A stretch of 64,000 nucleotides of DNA from Candidatus Krumholzibacteriota bacterium (GTDB lineage: Bacteria > Krumholzibacteriota > Krumholzibacteriia > LZORAL124-64-63), in contig JBDLKA010000001.1 in NCBI GenBank assembly GCA_039714075.1, forward strand, positions 1 through 64,000, given 5' to 3'. Shown piece by piece: positions 48,906-63,002 of this stretch. The translations under genes were made by a program, and so were the position numbers. Under the pieces are notes generated by a model. The model was not told where the DNA came from, did not search any database, and saw nothing but the letters and a program-made list of their open reading frames with translations. Positions within the stretch are counted from its first letter, which is position 1. Each line of letters starts with the position of its first letter.

Positions 48906-49811
48906 GTGGCAGCCTTGCGCAGTACCAGGGATCTCGGTCTTGACCCCACCTACGAGGGCAAGGTCCGGGACATGTTCGACCTAGGTGACCGATACCTTAT
49001 CGTGACCACCGACCGTATCTCCGCCTTCGACGTGATCATGAACGACGTGGTGCCCGGCCGCGGCGTGGTGCTCAATGTGATGAGCCTGGCCTGGTTCAAG
49101 CATTTCGCCGACGTGGTTCCCAACCACCTGATCACCGCCGACCCCGCGGAATTCCCCGCCCCCTTCAACATTCACGCCAAAGCCCTGGCGGGGCGTTCCG
49201 TCCTGGTGCACAAAGCCGAGCGCTTTCCCGTGGAATGCGTGGTGCGCGGGTATATCGCCGGCTCGGGGTGGAAGTCCTATGGGCAGGACGGGACTATTTG
49301 CGGCCATCGTCTTCCCGATGGTCTTCGTCTCGCCGACCGTCTGCCGGAGGCCATTTTCACGCCCTCCACCAAGGAAGACGAGGGCCATGACGAAAACATC
49401 CCCTATGAGACCGTGGTGGAGATGATCGGGGAATCCGATGCGGCCCGGTTGCGGGACATATCCCTAAAGCTTTACAGCGAAGGCGCCGAGTATGCGCTGC
49501 CGCGGGGCGTCATCCTGGCCGACACCAAATTTGAATTCGGGATGATAGGGGGAAAGTTGACCCTGATCGACGAAGTCCTGACACCCGATTCAAGCCGGTT
49601 CTGGCCCGCGGCCGACCACAACCCGGGGCAGGAGCCTCCGAGCTGGGACAAGCAGATCCTGCGCAATCATCTGGAGACCCTGGACTGGGACCACAGCCCG
49701 CCGCCGCCCGCCCTGCCCGCGGAGATCCTGGCCAAGACCTCCCGCCGTTATCATGAAGTCCTGGAAATACTCTTTCCCGCGGAGGCCGCCCAATGGCAAC
49801 AGTACCTGTAG
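48906..49811 (+). CDS. purC: SAICAR synthase
   Basis: GKVRD, TDRISAFD, ECVVRGY, ADTKFEFG, DEVLTPDSSRFW motifs. Confidence 0.97.
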   Translation: MAALRSTRDLGLDPTYEGKVRDMFDLGDRYLIVTTDRISAFDVIMNDVVPGRGVVLNVMSLAWFKHFADVVPNHLITADPAEFPAPFNIHAKALAGRSVLVHKAERFPVECVVRGYIAGSGWKSYGQDGTICGHRLPDGLRLADRLPEAIFTPSTKEDEGHDENIPYETVVEMIGESDAARLRDISLKLYSEGAEYALPRGVILADTKFEFGMIGGKLTLIDEVLTPDSSRFWPAADHNPGQEPPSWDKQILRNHLETLDWDHSPPPPALPAEILAKTSRRYHEVLEILFPAEAAQWQQYL

Positions 49812-51319
49812 GGGAACGCCGCCGGGCTCTCTTGAGCGTGACGGACAAGACGCGTCTGGCCGAAATCGGCCGGCTTCTGCACGGCTACGGCTACGAGCTG
49901 ATCGCCTCCGGTGGAACGGCGGGGCACTTGCGGGACAACGACGTGCCGGTCGTCGAAGTCAGTGAACTGACCGGTTACCCGGAAATCTTCGGCGGCCGGG
50001 TCAAGACCTTGCACCCGGTCATTCACGGTGGCATCCTGGGGCCCTCCGAGGCCAGCTTCAAGGAAACCGAGGAGTTGGGGATCGGCCCTATTGATCTGGT
50101 GGTGGTGAATCTTTACCAATTCCAGGAAGCGGTCGCGGCCGGAGCCGGGGAAGCCGAAACCGTGGAGAAGATCGACATCGGCGGCCCGACCCTGCTGCGT
50201 GCCGCGGCCAAGAATTTCTCCCGGGTGACCGTGGTGAGCGACCCCCGATTCTACGACGAGTTGGTCACCGAACTGGAACAGGGCCAGGGAAAGACCAGCC
50301 TGGAATTCCGGCGCCGCCTGGCTGGTGAGACATTCCGCCTGGTCGCCGATTACAACGACGCGATCGCGGCCTGGTTCGCCGGTGCCGGTGACATCCCGCT
50401 GAGGTACGGGGAAAACCCCCACCAGCAGGCCACCCTGCGTCTGCCCGCGGCACCTGCTGGCGAACCGCAGCTGGCCGGAATCGGCCTGACCCAGCACGGC
50501 GGCAAGGAGCTTTCCTACAACAACATCGTGGACCTGGTGGCCGCGGTGAAACTCGTCGGCGATTTTGCCGAGCCCTGCTGCGGCATCCTGAAACACACCA
50601 ACCCCTGCGGCTTCGGCCTGGGCGCCGGGGCGGTCGGGCTGGAACGGGCCCTCAAATGCGATCCCGTTTCCGCGTTCGGCGGTGTTTTCGCCTTCAACGA
50701 AACCATCGACGAAGAGGCCGCCGGTATCCTGGCCAAGCGTTTCCTGGAAATCATCGTGGCGCCGAAGTACACGCCGGAGGCCCTGGCGCGCCTGGCCAAA
50801 AAGAAGAACGTGCGCGTGCTGACGGTGGACATGGCTCGTTTCCTGGCCGGCACCCGGGACCGCACCCGCGCCTGGGGCGATCTGGTTCTCACCCAGGGTG
50901 AGGACGAAAAATTTCCGGAGCTTGACGAGTGGAACGTGGTTGCCGGCGACGAGCCCGATCCCGCCACGCGGACCGCCCTGGAAATGGTCTGGAAGGTTTG
51001 CAAGCACGGCAAGAGCAACGCCATTGTCCTGGGGGACATGACCTCGACCCTGGGTATGGGATTCGGTCAGATGAGCCGGGTCGACTCCACCGAACTGGCG
51101 GTCATGAAGGCGGGCAACCAGGAGTTGGACCTCGCAAATTGCGTGGCCGCTTCCGATGGTTTCTTCCCCTTTCCCGACGGGATCGAGAAGCTGGCGGCCG
51201 CCGGAGCCCGGGCCGTGATCGCCCCGGGGGGCTCCATCCGCGATGATGAAGTCGCCGCGGCGGCAGCAAAGCTGGGGCTCACCTTGATCCTGACCAACCG
51301 GCGGCATTTCAATCATTGA
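49793..51319 (+). CDS. purH: Bifunctional AICAR transformylase/IMP cyclohydrolase
   Basis: ALLSVTDK, GRVKTLHP, IDIGGP, LRYGENPHQ, KHTNPCG, ASDGFFPF, RHFNH motifs. Confidence 0.97.
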   Translation: MATVPVGERRRALLSVTDKTRLAEIGRLLHGYGYELIASGGTAGHLRDNDVPVVEVSELTGYPEIFGGRVKTLHPVIHGGILGPSEASFKETEELGIGPIDLVVVNLYQFQEAVAAGAGEAETVEKIDIGGPTLLRAAAKNFSRVTVVSDPRFYDELVTELEQGQGKTSLEFRRRLAGETFRLVADYNDAIAAWFAGAGDIPLRYGENPHQQATLRLPAAPAGEPQLAGIGLTQHGGKELSYNNIVDLVAAVKLVGDFAEPCCGILKHTNPCGFGLGAGAVGLERALKCDPVSAFGGVFAFNETIDEEAAGILAKRFLEIIVAPKYTPEALARLAKKKNVRVLTVDMARFLAGTRDRTRAWGDLVLTQGEDEKFPELDEWNVVAGDEPDPATRTALEMVWKVCKHGKSNAIVLGDMTSTLGMGFGQMSRVDSTELAVMKAGNQELDLANCVAASDGFFPFPDGIEKLAAAGARAVIAPGGSIRDDEVAAAAAKLGLTLILTNRRHFNH

Positions 51320-51389
51320 GGAAATGCCGTATATTTACATGACCGGCCCGGTCGGGAACTCCTCCCGGCCGGGCCTGTTCTCAAAATCC

Positions 51390-54275
51390 ATGTTGACGAC
51401 CGGATTACATGCCCTGCGGCCCCCTTTGGCGAGGATCATCCTTTGTCTGGCCGCCGTTTTTTCCCTTGGCGCCCCTTTTGCCAATGCTTCGGAAGAGGAT
51501 ACCCTCAGGGATATGCGTGCCCGCAGGCGGGCAGCCATGAAGACCATCAATACGTCGCCGGACAAGGCCGAGCAACCCGCACTGTTCGGACTGCTGGTCA
51601 TCCCGGTGGATTTCGCGGACGCCAGGGTCGGTTCCGACTGGGACCGCACGTCCTTGACCAATCGGCTCACTTCGACCGGCGGACAATCCCTGACCCGATA
51701 TTTCAACGCGGCCTCGAGAGGCCGGCTGGACTTGCGCATCACCCAGGCGCCGATGATCCATCTGCCTGGAACCAGGCGCGACTATTCCGACATCCATCTC
51801 AACGGGTTCACCAGGACCCGCGCCCTGGCCACCGAGTCGTTGCAGGCGGTCAGGGACCTGGGCCTGGAATTCCGACGCCTGGACATGGAAGGTCCGGACC
51901 GCACTCCCGGGACGGATGACGACGACGGGGAAGTGGACGGCGTTCTCATTCTCCATGCCGGCATCGGTCAGGAAAACGATCCTGAAGACGGGTTGGTCCA
52001 GGCCCTGCAGTTTTTCCTGGAGGAGCCCATCACCTCCCAGGGCATCCACGCCACTTTCTACGCCGTAGCCAGCCTGCACAGCGGACCCGGCATCTGGGCC
52101 CATGAAACCGCTCACCTTCTGGGCCTTGAAGATCGCTACGACCCGGGCCTGCGCCCTGCCGGGGGAAGCGAGGTACTTTCCCGGGGAGGATTGGGCCGGT
52201 TCAGCCTGATGGGTTCCGGCGCCTGGGGAACGGGGGACGGGTACGGTGCCGCCTTGCCGGACGCCTATTCGTCTTTGCAGATGGGTTGGTATGATTCACG
52301 AAACCTGGCCCACAGTGTTGATGGCCCCGACACGCTTCGACCGGGCCTGGTTTCGGGCCTCGTGGACAGGGTCTGGACCAGGAGCGAATTCGGCCCCGAG
52401 TTCTTTCTGCTGGAAACACGCGACCCCGCCGCAGCCTTCCCTTTCGACGCCGACATTCCCGGCAATCACCTGCTGGTCTACCATGTCGATGAATCCCTGC
52501 CCGAAGGAAGCCATGCCGTTGATGGAGAAAACAAGTGGCATTTGCGGGTGTCCCTGGTCGAAGCCGACGCCGATTTCAAACTTCTCCGTGGGGAGGACGC
52601 CGGCCGTGAAGCGGATCTGTTTCCCGGGCCTCTGGGCAAAACGGATTTCGATCCCGGTTCCGTGCCGTCCAGTGATGGGTACAACTCGATTTCCTTTGTG
52701 AGGCTGAACGATATTTCCCCCATACCAGGGGGCATGACCTACCGGACTTCAGTGTGGCCGACGCCGAATATCGATTTCACATCCGGCTTCCATGGCGAAA
52801 CGGATCTCACCCTCGCTCTTGCGGCCCGGTCAACCGGCACTCCGGTTGCCGACCTTCGCTGTACTGTGACTGCTGTTTCCAACCCCACCTGGGGTACTTT
52901 TGCCGGTGGTCAAACGTCCGTCGCCTTCGATCTGGTGGAAGACGGGAACGGCCAATGGCGGCCCGATAGTCCGGTGACCTGGGTTCCCGTTGCCTCTGTT
53001 CCGGCGAACGGCCAAACCAGGTTCCGGTACGATTTCGAGTTTGACGGCGGCCTGGAATCCGAGACCAGGAATTGGGTATGGAAGGACAATGCCGGTGTCC
53101 TGGACTTTGCCGTGAATTGGCCGGGGGGGTGGTCAATTTCCAATCCCGGCGAAAACCCCAACACATTCTGGCATCGCTGGAACACCGGTCCCCCTTGGCT
53201 GACGGAGGACAGGACTCCGGTTCTGGCCTGCACCGGCTTCGAATTTTTCGACTCTTCCGCCTGGCCGGTGGTGACCTACCAGAATTCGGGGTACGTAAAG
53301 CTGACCTCAGGGGAATTGGGGCCCGATGTTCGTGCCGTCAGACTCATCCACGCCATGGAAGTGGAATTCCTCACCGCGAATGTCGCCATGGACGGGGGAG
53401 TGGCCGTGTGGATCGATTCCCAAAACAGGGAATATCCTGCCGAACCGCTGGCGGGCTGGCGGGGACGGATATCCGACAAGGCCGTCAATCCCCTTCACGG
53501 GCAAGGGGCGCTGATTCACAAGGAACTTGAATTAACCGGGGATATCCCCTTGTGGCGCACGGACATCATTCCTGTGCCCCCAGGGTTGCCGGGGCCCTGG
53601 CGATTACGTCTGGCTTTCGGCAGCAACACCCTGTGGCGCCAGCGGGGCTGGTTCGTGGCGGACGTGGAGGCCATCACTTCCGAACCTGCGGACGCGGCTT
53701 TCACTGGGGAGTGGATTTCCGGGCAGGGCGCCGGATTGAGCTGGCATTGGCCCTGGAAAACGGGAACACCCCAGGGCTTTGTCATTGAACACCGGGTGGA
53801 TGAAGATGGGCCCTGGACGGACATGATCCGGGTTGAGCCAGCCGTCCCACCGGGTGATGATCCGTATTTCATCCCCGCCGCCGATATTTTGCCATTGCTG
53901 GGTGGGGCCCGCCGCAACCGCCATGCTTTGCGAATCGTGGGTTCCATGGACAAAGGCCTGGTTGCCACCCGGGAGATTGTTGTTTTTCCTGACGGGGGTG
54001 ACGGGAAACCCGTGACCCTGGGTATTCCCTGGCCCAATCCAACTCTTGATTCAATCCGGTTTCTGGTGGACATTCCCGCAGGTGTCCGGGGAACTTGGAG
54101 TATCTACGATCTCCAGGGTCGATTGGTCCGGAAACACGGTTTGGGCGCGGGCAGCCATCTGCTCGAATGGGACGGCCGCGATTCCCAGGGTGGCCGGGCC
54201 GCTTCCGGTACATATTTTCTCCGCCTGGAAGGATCCGGTGCGGCTGTCATGCGCAAGGTGGTGCTTCTCCATTGA
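51390..54275 (+). CDS. Secreted M6-family (immune inhibitor A-like) metalloprotease with FlgD-Ig/T9SS-like C-terminal domain
   Basis: IPVDFAD, DGEVDG..ILHAG, HETAHLLGLED, SLMGSG.W, YHVDE. Tail PWPNP...IYDLQGRLV...WDGRD...SGTYF. Confidence 0.8.
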   Translation: MLTTGLHALRPPLARIILCLAAVFSLGAPFANASEEDTLRDMRARRRAAMKTINTSPDKAEQPALFGLLVIPVDFADARVGSDWDRTSLTNRLTSTGGQSLTRYFNAASRGRLDLRITQAPMIHLPGTRRDYSDIHLNGFTRTRALATESLQAVRDLGLEFRRLDMEGPDRTPGTDDDDGEVDGVLILHAGIGQENDPEDGLVQALQFFLEEPITSQGIHATFYAVASLHSGPGIWAHETAHLLGLEDRYDPGLRPAGGSEVLSRGGLGRFSLMGSGAWGTGDGYGAALPDAYSSLQMGWYDSRNLAHSVDGPDTLRPGLVSGLVDRVWTRSEFGPEFFLLETRDPAAAFPFDADIPGNHLLVYHVDESLPEGSHAVDGENKWHLRVSLVEADADFKLLRGEDAGREADLFPGPLGKTDFDPGSVPSSDGYNSISFVRLNDISPIPGGMTYRTSVWPTPNIDFTSGFHGETDLTLALAARSTGTPVADLRCTVTAVSNPTWGTFAGGQTSVAFDLVEDGNGQWRPDSPVTWVPVASVPANGQTRFRYDFEFDGGLESETRNWVWKDNAGVLDFAVNWPGGWSISNPGENPNTFWHRWNTGPPWLTEDRTPVLACTGFEFFDSSAWPVVTYQNSGYVKLTSGELGPDVRAVRLIHAMEVEFLTANVAMDGGVAVWIDSQNREYPAEPLAGWRGRISDKAVNPLHGQGALIHKELELTGDIPLWRTDIIPVPPGLPGPWRLRLAFGSNTLWRQRGWFVADVEAITSEPADAAFTGEWISGQGAGLSWHWPWKTGTPQGFVIEHRVDEDGPWTDMIRVEPAVPPGDDPYFIPAADILPLLGGARRNRHALRIVGSMDKGLVATREIVVFPDGGDGKPVTLGIPWPNPTLDSIRFLVDIPAGVRGTWSIYDLQGRLVRKHGLGAGSHLLEWDGRDSQGGRAASGTYFLRLEGSGAAVMRKVVLLH

Positions 54276-56554
54276 ACCGAAAAATTCTTCTCTGTCTGGC
54301 GGGCTGGGCGCTGGGTGCCGGGAATGTCCTGGCCGGCCCTCTTTATGACCCGTTTCTCGAACGCTTCCAGGTCGGAACCTACAATGATCCCGAGACGATC
54401 AGCCTCAAGGACGGATATCCCGCCGATATTCTGGATCCCGCGGAAGTCGATCCCGTCTGGATGGCCGCCGCCCGCCGGGTGCTTGACTCCCGGGACGCCG
54501 GGTCCGGGTCCTATTTATGCCGCCGCATGATCAGCGTAGCCACTGGTCCAGCCGGGGAAACCGAGTGGCTGGACCGCATGGCCGACGTCCTGGAGCAACT
54601 GGAAAACGGCCCCCTGTCCAACCCCTTGGATCAGGACTCCGATCCTCTGTTGGCGGAACGGGCCACGCGGGACGTTTTCAACCATCTTGAAGCCGGCCGC
54701 ATCATGCAGGCCGCCGCCGGGGCGATCCGGTTGCGGGACGGCGGCAGGAAAATGGGATTGTCCGACCGGGAAATATTCGTGTGGGACCTGCGGGCCAAAG
54801 CGCTTTTTCGACAAGTCGGCAACAGACCGTCCGGCACCAACAATTCCTGGCCGACCATGCTTGTGCTGGGCCCTTTCGATTCGGGGAGCGCCTGGACCTT
54901 GTGGGTGGCGTACTGCCGCGGCACCGGCCATCCCGTTCTGCCCTCATCCATGGCCGTCAAGAAGTGGGGCAAACACCTGACCCGCATTTCCCGATCCTGG
55001 CTTTCCCCGGAGGAATTGTACGGTTCGGGACTGGCCCCGGAGTTCAAAGCCGGCCTGGGGGCGGTCATGTTCAGGGGCGCCTCCAGGGATGCCCATTTCG
55101 TGAAATACCCCGAACCCCCTGCCGACAATTCTCTCCAGGGATTATGGGTCCGGGGCCGCAGACTGCAGTCCGGAGGCGACCCCGCCGTCTATGAGGAATT
55201 GGCGCTGAGAAAGGATCTCAAACCCGGTTGGCGGATGGATGTCTGGCGCCGGGCTTCGGAACTCCGCCTCCTGAAGGGCCAGTGGGAGCAGGGCCTGGAG
55301 GACCTGCGGCAGGCTCTTCAACTGGCGGCGAACGGGCACGGCCACCGGTCCACGCGCCGGCGACTGCGGCAGTGGAACGAGCAGGCGTTGGTCCTGGCCC
55401 TGGCCCAGGGGGATATTCCTGTCGCCCGGCAGGTCCATGACCTGGGCCTGGAATATTTCAAGGACAAGGAAAGAGAAGCCTTCCTCAGGGAAACCGGTCA
55501 TTGGGAAGATCGGATTTCCGCCGGTGACCGGGTTGATTCCGACCCTGGTGCAGATATCCTCGTCCAGGCACGGTCGGTTGTCGAAACCGGTCGTGCGGAC
55601 GACCTGGAACCCGCAGCCGAACCCCGGCGTGACCTTTTCCGTCAGGCCACCAGCAAACCTCGCTGGGACTTGTGGATCCGGTGGGGACTTGCCCTGGCCA
55701 ATCCGGAACCCGTGCAGGGCCTCAAGCGGGAACGCGCCATTCTCTACGGACAGGCCCTGCAACGAATGCAGCAACTGACCGATCCGGCGGAACAGGAATT
55801 GGCGGCCCTGAAGATCATCGCCGATCGTCTGGGAAACCGAACGGTATACCGGCAAATGCTGGAGCAGGCCTTTGACCGGGATGTCGGCCTGGCCAGCGGC
55901 TGGAAGACACTGCCGCAACCCTCGGCGGTTCCCCGATTCCTTCAGGAACTCAAGGGCAGCGAGTTGGACCGGCACGCGCTGCTGGGGTTCGCCCTGGCCA
56001 TGGGTGATATGCGCGGGACCCTGGCCGTGGCCGTCCAGCTGGAAGGGCGCGGTTTGACTCCCGGGGAAAAAAGACGTTTCCTTTACCCGCTTCCCGATTC
56101 CGACGCCATCCACGCGGCCATCCTGGAAGCGGGCAGCGACCCGGCCCTGCTGCTGGCGGTGGCTCGCAACGAATCACTGTTCGAGCCCTCGGTCCGTTCC
56201 CGCGCCGGGGCGTTGGGCTGGATGCAGATCATGCCCTTCCACTACGAGGAACGCGGCGCGTTGCCCGGGGAGGCCAACTGGAGAAACCCCGGTGTTTCCA
56301 TCCGGCATGGGGATCAGTTGCTGCAGGAGAACAGCCGGCGTTACCAGGGCAATCCCTACCAGGCCGTGGCCGCGTACAATGCCGGTCCGCGGGCCGCATC
56401 CCGCTGGGAAAAGCAACTGGGGGGATCGCCTGCCAGGGACATCTATCTGGCCTGGATCGGGTATCCCGAGACCCGGCATTACGTGGAAAAAGTCTTGATC
56501 GACCGCGAAATTTACGATTGGATCATCCGGGCTGAAGCACCGGAACAGCAGTAG
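54272..56554 (+). CDS. Slt-like soluble lytic transglycosylase
   Basis: TTG start with signal peptide. C-terminal [24 protein letters not shown] and ETRHYV motifs. Confidence 0.85.
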   Translation: MNRKILLCLAGWALGAGNVLAGPLYDPFLERFQVGTYNDPETISLKDGYPADILDPAEVDPVWMAAARRVLDSRDAGSGSYLCRRMISVATGPAGETEWLDRMADVLEQLENGPLSNPLDQDSDPLLAERATRDVFNHLEAGRIMQAAAGAIRLRDGGRKMGLSDREIFVWDLRAKALFRQVGNRPSGTNNSWPTMLVLGPFDSGSAWTLWVAYCRGTGHPVLPSSMAVKKWGKHLTRISRSWLSPEELYGSGLAPEFKAGLGAVMFRGASRDAHFVKYPEPPADNSLQGLWVRGRRLQSGGDPAVYEELALRKDLKPGWRMDVWRRASELRLLKGQWEQGLEDLRQALQLAANGHGHRSTRRRLRQWNEQALVLALAQGDIPVARQVHDLGLEYFKDKEREAFLRETGHWEDRISAGDRVDSDPGADILVQARSVVETGRADDLEPAAEPRRDLFRQATSKPRWDLWIRWGLALANPEPVQGLKRERAILYGQALQRMQQLTDPAEQELAALKIIADRLGNRTVYRQMLEQAFDRDVGLASGWKTLPQPSAVPRFLQELKGSELDRHALLGFALAMGDMRGTLAVAVQLEGRGLTPGEKRRFLYPLPDSDAIHAAILEAGSDPALLLAVARNESLFEPSVRSRAGALGWMQIMPFHYEERGALPGEANWRNPGVSIRHGDQLLQENSRRYQGNPYQAVAAYNAGPRAASRWEKQLGGSPARDIYLAWIGYPETRHYVEKVLIDREIYDWIIRAEAPEQQ

Positions 56555-56583
56555 GCATCGCCTTCCCAGAACGGAGCAGGAGC

Positions 56584-59604
<3,021 letters not shown>

Positions 59605-59630
59605 CGCCGGGTCGATCAAGCGGCCCGGAC

Positions 59631-59659
59631 TTGCCGAGCCAGGCGGGCCATGCTAGTTT
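59631..59659 (+). promoter_or_regulatory. sigma70-like promoter candidate for smg-topA-trmFO
   Basis: TTGCCG-N17-TAGTTT with extended TG. Confidence 0.4.
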
Positions 59660-59727
59660 TTGGCCGCCTCCGCTGTCGTCGGCAAATTGGTCCCGGCGCA
59701 AACGGCAGGCCCTGAAAGTGAAGAGAT

Positions 59728-60213
59728 ATGGATCCTGAGAGGGACAGACTCAAACATCTGCTGATCATCCTGCTGGAGGCCCTGTCGGGGCCGACCGAGG
59801 TGTCGCCCCCCATCAAGGCCCGTATCCAGGAGAAGGCCGAGGCCGCGGGATTGGACGAGGGAGACGTGCACGGGCTGCTGGACTGGATCGAATCCCACTG
59901 GCAGCACGACGACCGGCCGAACTGGGACCGCAGCCCCCAACCCGACACCCCGTCGGACAAGGCGTTCCGTTTTTTCGGGGACCTGGATTCCGACTACCTG
60001 TCGCCCCGGGGTCTCGGATTCCTGATGGAGTTGTTGAACAAGCGCCAGATCAACCGTGCCCAGCTGGAGGCCCTGTTGCAGTACTCGTCGTTCATCGCCT
60101 TGAAGCCCCTGGAACCCGACGAACTGGAATCGGTCCTGGAGCAGGTGTTGTTCCGGCCGGGACGGCCGGGGATGACCGGCGGCGCATCGGAGGGATTCGA
60201 GAACATCCATTGA
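59728..60213 (+). CDS. smg: DUF494/Smg family protein
   Basis: AGLDEGDV..LLDW, FRFF...LSPRGLGFLMEL pattern. Directly upstream of topA. Confidence 0.7.
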   Translation: MDPERDRLKHLLIILLEALSGPTEVSPPIKARIQEKAEAAGLDEGDVHGLLDWIESHWQHDDRPNWDRSPQPDTPSDKAFRFFGDLDSDYLSPRGLGFLMELLNKRQINRAQLEALLQYSSFIALKPLEPDELESVLEQVLFRPGRPGMTGGASEGFENIH

Positions 60214-60290
60214 GCGACCCTCATTTCCGGGAGCGCATTCGGACCGGCCGCTGATTTCAGTTGCCGGGTTTTAATTGGAAGGAACAATAC

Positions 60291-63002
60291 TTGAAACTGA
60301 TCATCGTCGAATCACCCGCCAAGGCCCGGACCATCACCCGGTTCCTGGACAAGGACTACACCGTCACTTCCAGTTACGGACACATCAGGGATCTGCCCGG
60401 TTCGGCCAAGGAAATTCCGGCCAAATACAAGAAAGAGCCCTGGCGGCGTTACGGAGTCAATCTCGACGACGGCTACCAGCCCATCTATGTCATCTCCGCG
60501 GACAGCAAGAAGCAGGTCGCCGAGCTGAAGAAACTGCTGAAGAAAGCGGACGAGGTCCTGCTCGCGACGGATGAGGACCGTGAGGGGGAGGCCATCAGCT
60601 GGCACCTGCTGGAGGTCCTGAACCCCAAGGTTCCCGTCCGCAGGATTTCCTTCCATGAGATCACCCGGTCTGCCATCCAGGAAGCCCTGGAGAATCCCCG
60701 CGAAGTCGACATGAAACTGGTGCGGGCCCAGGAGGGGCGGCGCATTCTCGACCGCCTCTATGGTTATTCGCTGTCGCCGGTGCTGTGGAAAAAAGTGCGG
60801 ACCAAATTGTCGGCCGGGCGCGTGCAGAGCGTCGCGGTCCGGCTGGTGGTGGAGAAGGAAGAAGAGCGCCAGCGCTTCCACGTCGCGAAGTACTGCGACA
60901 TCGAAGCCGGAATGACCAGCGGTGATTTTGCCTTCACGGCCCGTTTGACGGAAATCGATGGCGTCAAGCTGGCCGGGGGCAAGGATTTCGATCCCGATTC
61001 GGGGGAACTCAAGAAGCCCGGACAGCGCATCCAGCTTTCCGAAGAAGTGGCCGCCCAACTGGCTCCCGCCGCCGGCGAAACCCTGCCCTGGCGCATCGCC
61101 CAGGTGACACGCAAGGAGTCCACCCAGCGACCCTCGCCGCCCTTCACCACGTCGACCCTCCAGCAGGCCGCCAGCGGCCGTTTGAAGATGTCGCCCCAAA
61201 GGGTCATGCGTATCGCGCAGCGTCTGTACGAGGGGATCGGCGCCGTCCGTGACGGTTTGATCACCTACATGAGGACCGATTCGCTGACCCTGAGTGAAAA
61301 ATCCCTGGCCGAGATCGAGGGCCACGTCCGGGAAAATTTCGGTCCCGAATACACCACCGGCCCGCGGCGCTACAAAACCAAGGCCAAGGGCGCACAGGAA
61401 GCCCATGAGGCCATCCGACCCACCCATGTGGACCGCACCCCGGAATCGGTGGCGGACCGCCTGGACAGCGAAGAGCTGGCCGTCTACCGGTTGATCTGGA
61501 ACCGTACCGTGGCTTCCCAGATGGCCGAGGCCAAACTGGACAAGACAGCCGTTGATTTCGCCGTTGAAGCGGGGGACCGCCAACTGACCTTCCGGGCCAA
61601 CGGTTCGGTGGTTCGTTTTCCAGGTTTTCTCAAGGTCTATGGCGACAAGGGCAAGGACACCCTCCTGCCGGAACTGGCCGAAGGCAAGACCGTCGGCGGC
61701 ACCGCCCAGGACAACACACCTCCGGTCCAGATCGGCGAAGTGGCGTCTGTGCCCCACGAAACGCAGCCACCCGCCCGGTTCACCGAAGCGTCCCTTATCA
61801 AGAAGCTGGAAGATGAAGGGATCGGCCGGCCCTCGACCTATGCCTCGGTGATCGCCACCATCCAGAGCCGGGAATACGTCGTCAAGAAGAACGGCGCCTT
61901 GCTGCCTTCCTACATCGGCATCGCCGTCACCCATCTTCTGCGGGAACACTTCAACAAGTACGTGGACCCCAAGTTCACCGCGCACATGGAGGAGGAACTC
62001 GACCTGATAGCCTCCGGCGAGGTGGACTGGATCGAATTCCTCGACTGTTTCTTCCGGGGATGCAAAGGCGAAACGGGACTGGAACAGGACATTGACGAAG
62101 AGATGGAGAAGATCGAATTCCCCCGGATAAAGGTCGGCGACGATCCGGAAACCGGGCACCCCCTGGTGCTGAGAATCGGGCGTAACTACGTGTCGGTCCA
62201 TGTGGAGGGTGTCGATGATCGCCGCGCCACCCTGCCGGTCGATCTGCTCATCGACGAGTTGACCCCGGACAAGGCCCTGGAGCTCATCATCCAGAGGGAC
62301 AAGTCGCGCGAGCCCATCGGACAGCATCCCGAAACGGGGCAGAACATCTACGCCCTGACCGGACCGTTCGGTCCCTACCTCCAGTTGGGGGAACAGGAAG
62401 AAGACAAGAAGCCCAAGCGGATCAGCCTGGGCAAGAAAACCGACCCGACCACCATCGATCTGGACTACGCCTTGCGGCTTCTGTCACTGCCCCGCGAAAT
62501 CGGAACCGATCCGGAGACCGGGAAACCGGTGCGAGCCGGCCTGGGCCGATTTGGACCCTACGTGGAGAGGGACCGCGTCTTCGCCAGTGTGCAGACCGTC
62601 GACACGCTGTTCACCATCAATCTCGAGGATGCCCTGGAACGGATCCGGAACAAGAACAAGCGGACCGTCCTGAAGGATCTGGGCAAACATCCCGAGTCCG
62701 GGGAAGCCCTCGCCATCTGCAAGGGGCGTTACGGCCCCTACGTGACCGACGGTAAACTCAACGCCAATATCGGGCGTGACCGGGATCCCGAAGATGTGAC
62801 CGTGGAGATGGCCGTGTCCCTCCTGAAGGACGCCGCCCTGCGAAAGAAAAACGGCAAGAAAAAAACCGCGAAGAAGAAAACGGCCAAGAAAAAGACCGCC
62901 AAAAAGAAGACTGCCAAGAAAAAGACTGCGAAGAAGAAAACCGCCAAAAAGAAGACGACCAAAAAGGTATCGGCCCGGGCGGACAAGCCCGACGATTCCT
63001 GA
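60291..63002 (+). CDS. topA: DNA topoisomerase I with C-terminal repeats and Lys-rich tail
   Basis: LIIVESPAKA, GHIRDL, ATDEDREGE, SAGRVQS, ITYMRTDS, GIGRPSTY, GRFGPY repeats. TTG start. Confidence 0.97.
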   Translation: MKLIIVESPAKARTITRFLDKDYTVTSSYGHIRDLPGSAKEIPAKYKKEPWRRYGVNLDDGYQPIYVISADSKKQVAELKKLLKKADEVLLATDEDREGEAISWHLLEVLNPKVPVRRISFHEITRSAIQEALENPREVDMKLVRAQEGRRILDRLYGYSLSPVLWKKVRTKLSAGRVQSVAVRLVVEKEEERQRFHVAKYCDIEAGMTSGDFAFTARLTEIDGVKLAGGKDFDPDSGELKKPGQRIQLSEEVAAQLAPAAGETLPWRIAQVTRKESTQRPSPPFTTSTLQQAASGRLKMSPQRVMRIAQRLYEGIGAVRDGLITYMRTDSLTLSEKSLAEIEGHVRENFGPEYTTGPRRYKTKAKGAQEAHEAIRPTHVDRTPESVADRLDSEELAVYRLIWNRTVASQMAEAKLDKTAVDFAVEAGDRQLTFRANGSVVRFPGFLKVYGDKGKDTLLPELAEGKTVGGTAQDNTPPVQIGEVASVPHETQPPARFTEASLIKKLEDEGIGRPSTYASVIATIQSREYVVKKNGALLPSYIGIAVTHLLREHFNKYVDPKFTAHMEEELDLIASGEVDWIEFLDCFFRGCKGETGLEQDIDEEMEKIEFPRIKVGDDPETGHPLVLRIGRNYVSVHVEGVDDRRATLPVDLLIDELTPDKALELIIQRDKSREPIGQHPETGQNIYALTGPFGPYLQLGEQEEDKKPKRISLGKKTDPTTIDLDYALRLLSLPREIGTDPETGKPVRAGLGRFGPYVERDRVFASVQTVDTLFTINLEDALERIRNKNKRTVLKDLGKHPESGEALAICKGRYGPYVTDGKLNANIGRDRDPEDVTVEMAVSLLKDAALRKKNGKKKTAKKKTAKKKTAKKKTAKKKTAKKKTAKKKTTKKVSARADKPDDS
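62856..62960 (+). repeat. 15-nt coding tandem repeat, KKKTA x6 plus KKKTT
   Basis: Seven degenerate copies of aagaaraaracNgcN within the topA tail. Confidence 0.9.

Noticed and set aside
54010..54275. FlgD-Ig-like domain as the missing hook cap flgD
   Set aside because: It is the C-terminal sorting-type domain of a secreted protease and has no FlgD N-terminal capping domain.
42867..56554. The two lytic transglycosylases as dedicated flagellar cell-wall hydrolases
   Set aside because: Both are outside the cluster among housekeeping genes and resemble generic MltD and Slt.
62856..62960. Tandem repeat as a CRISPR or non-coding array
   Set aside because: No spacers. It is an in-frame, codon-degenerate protein repeat.
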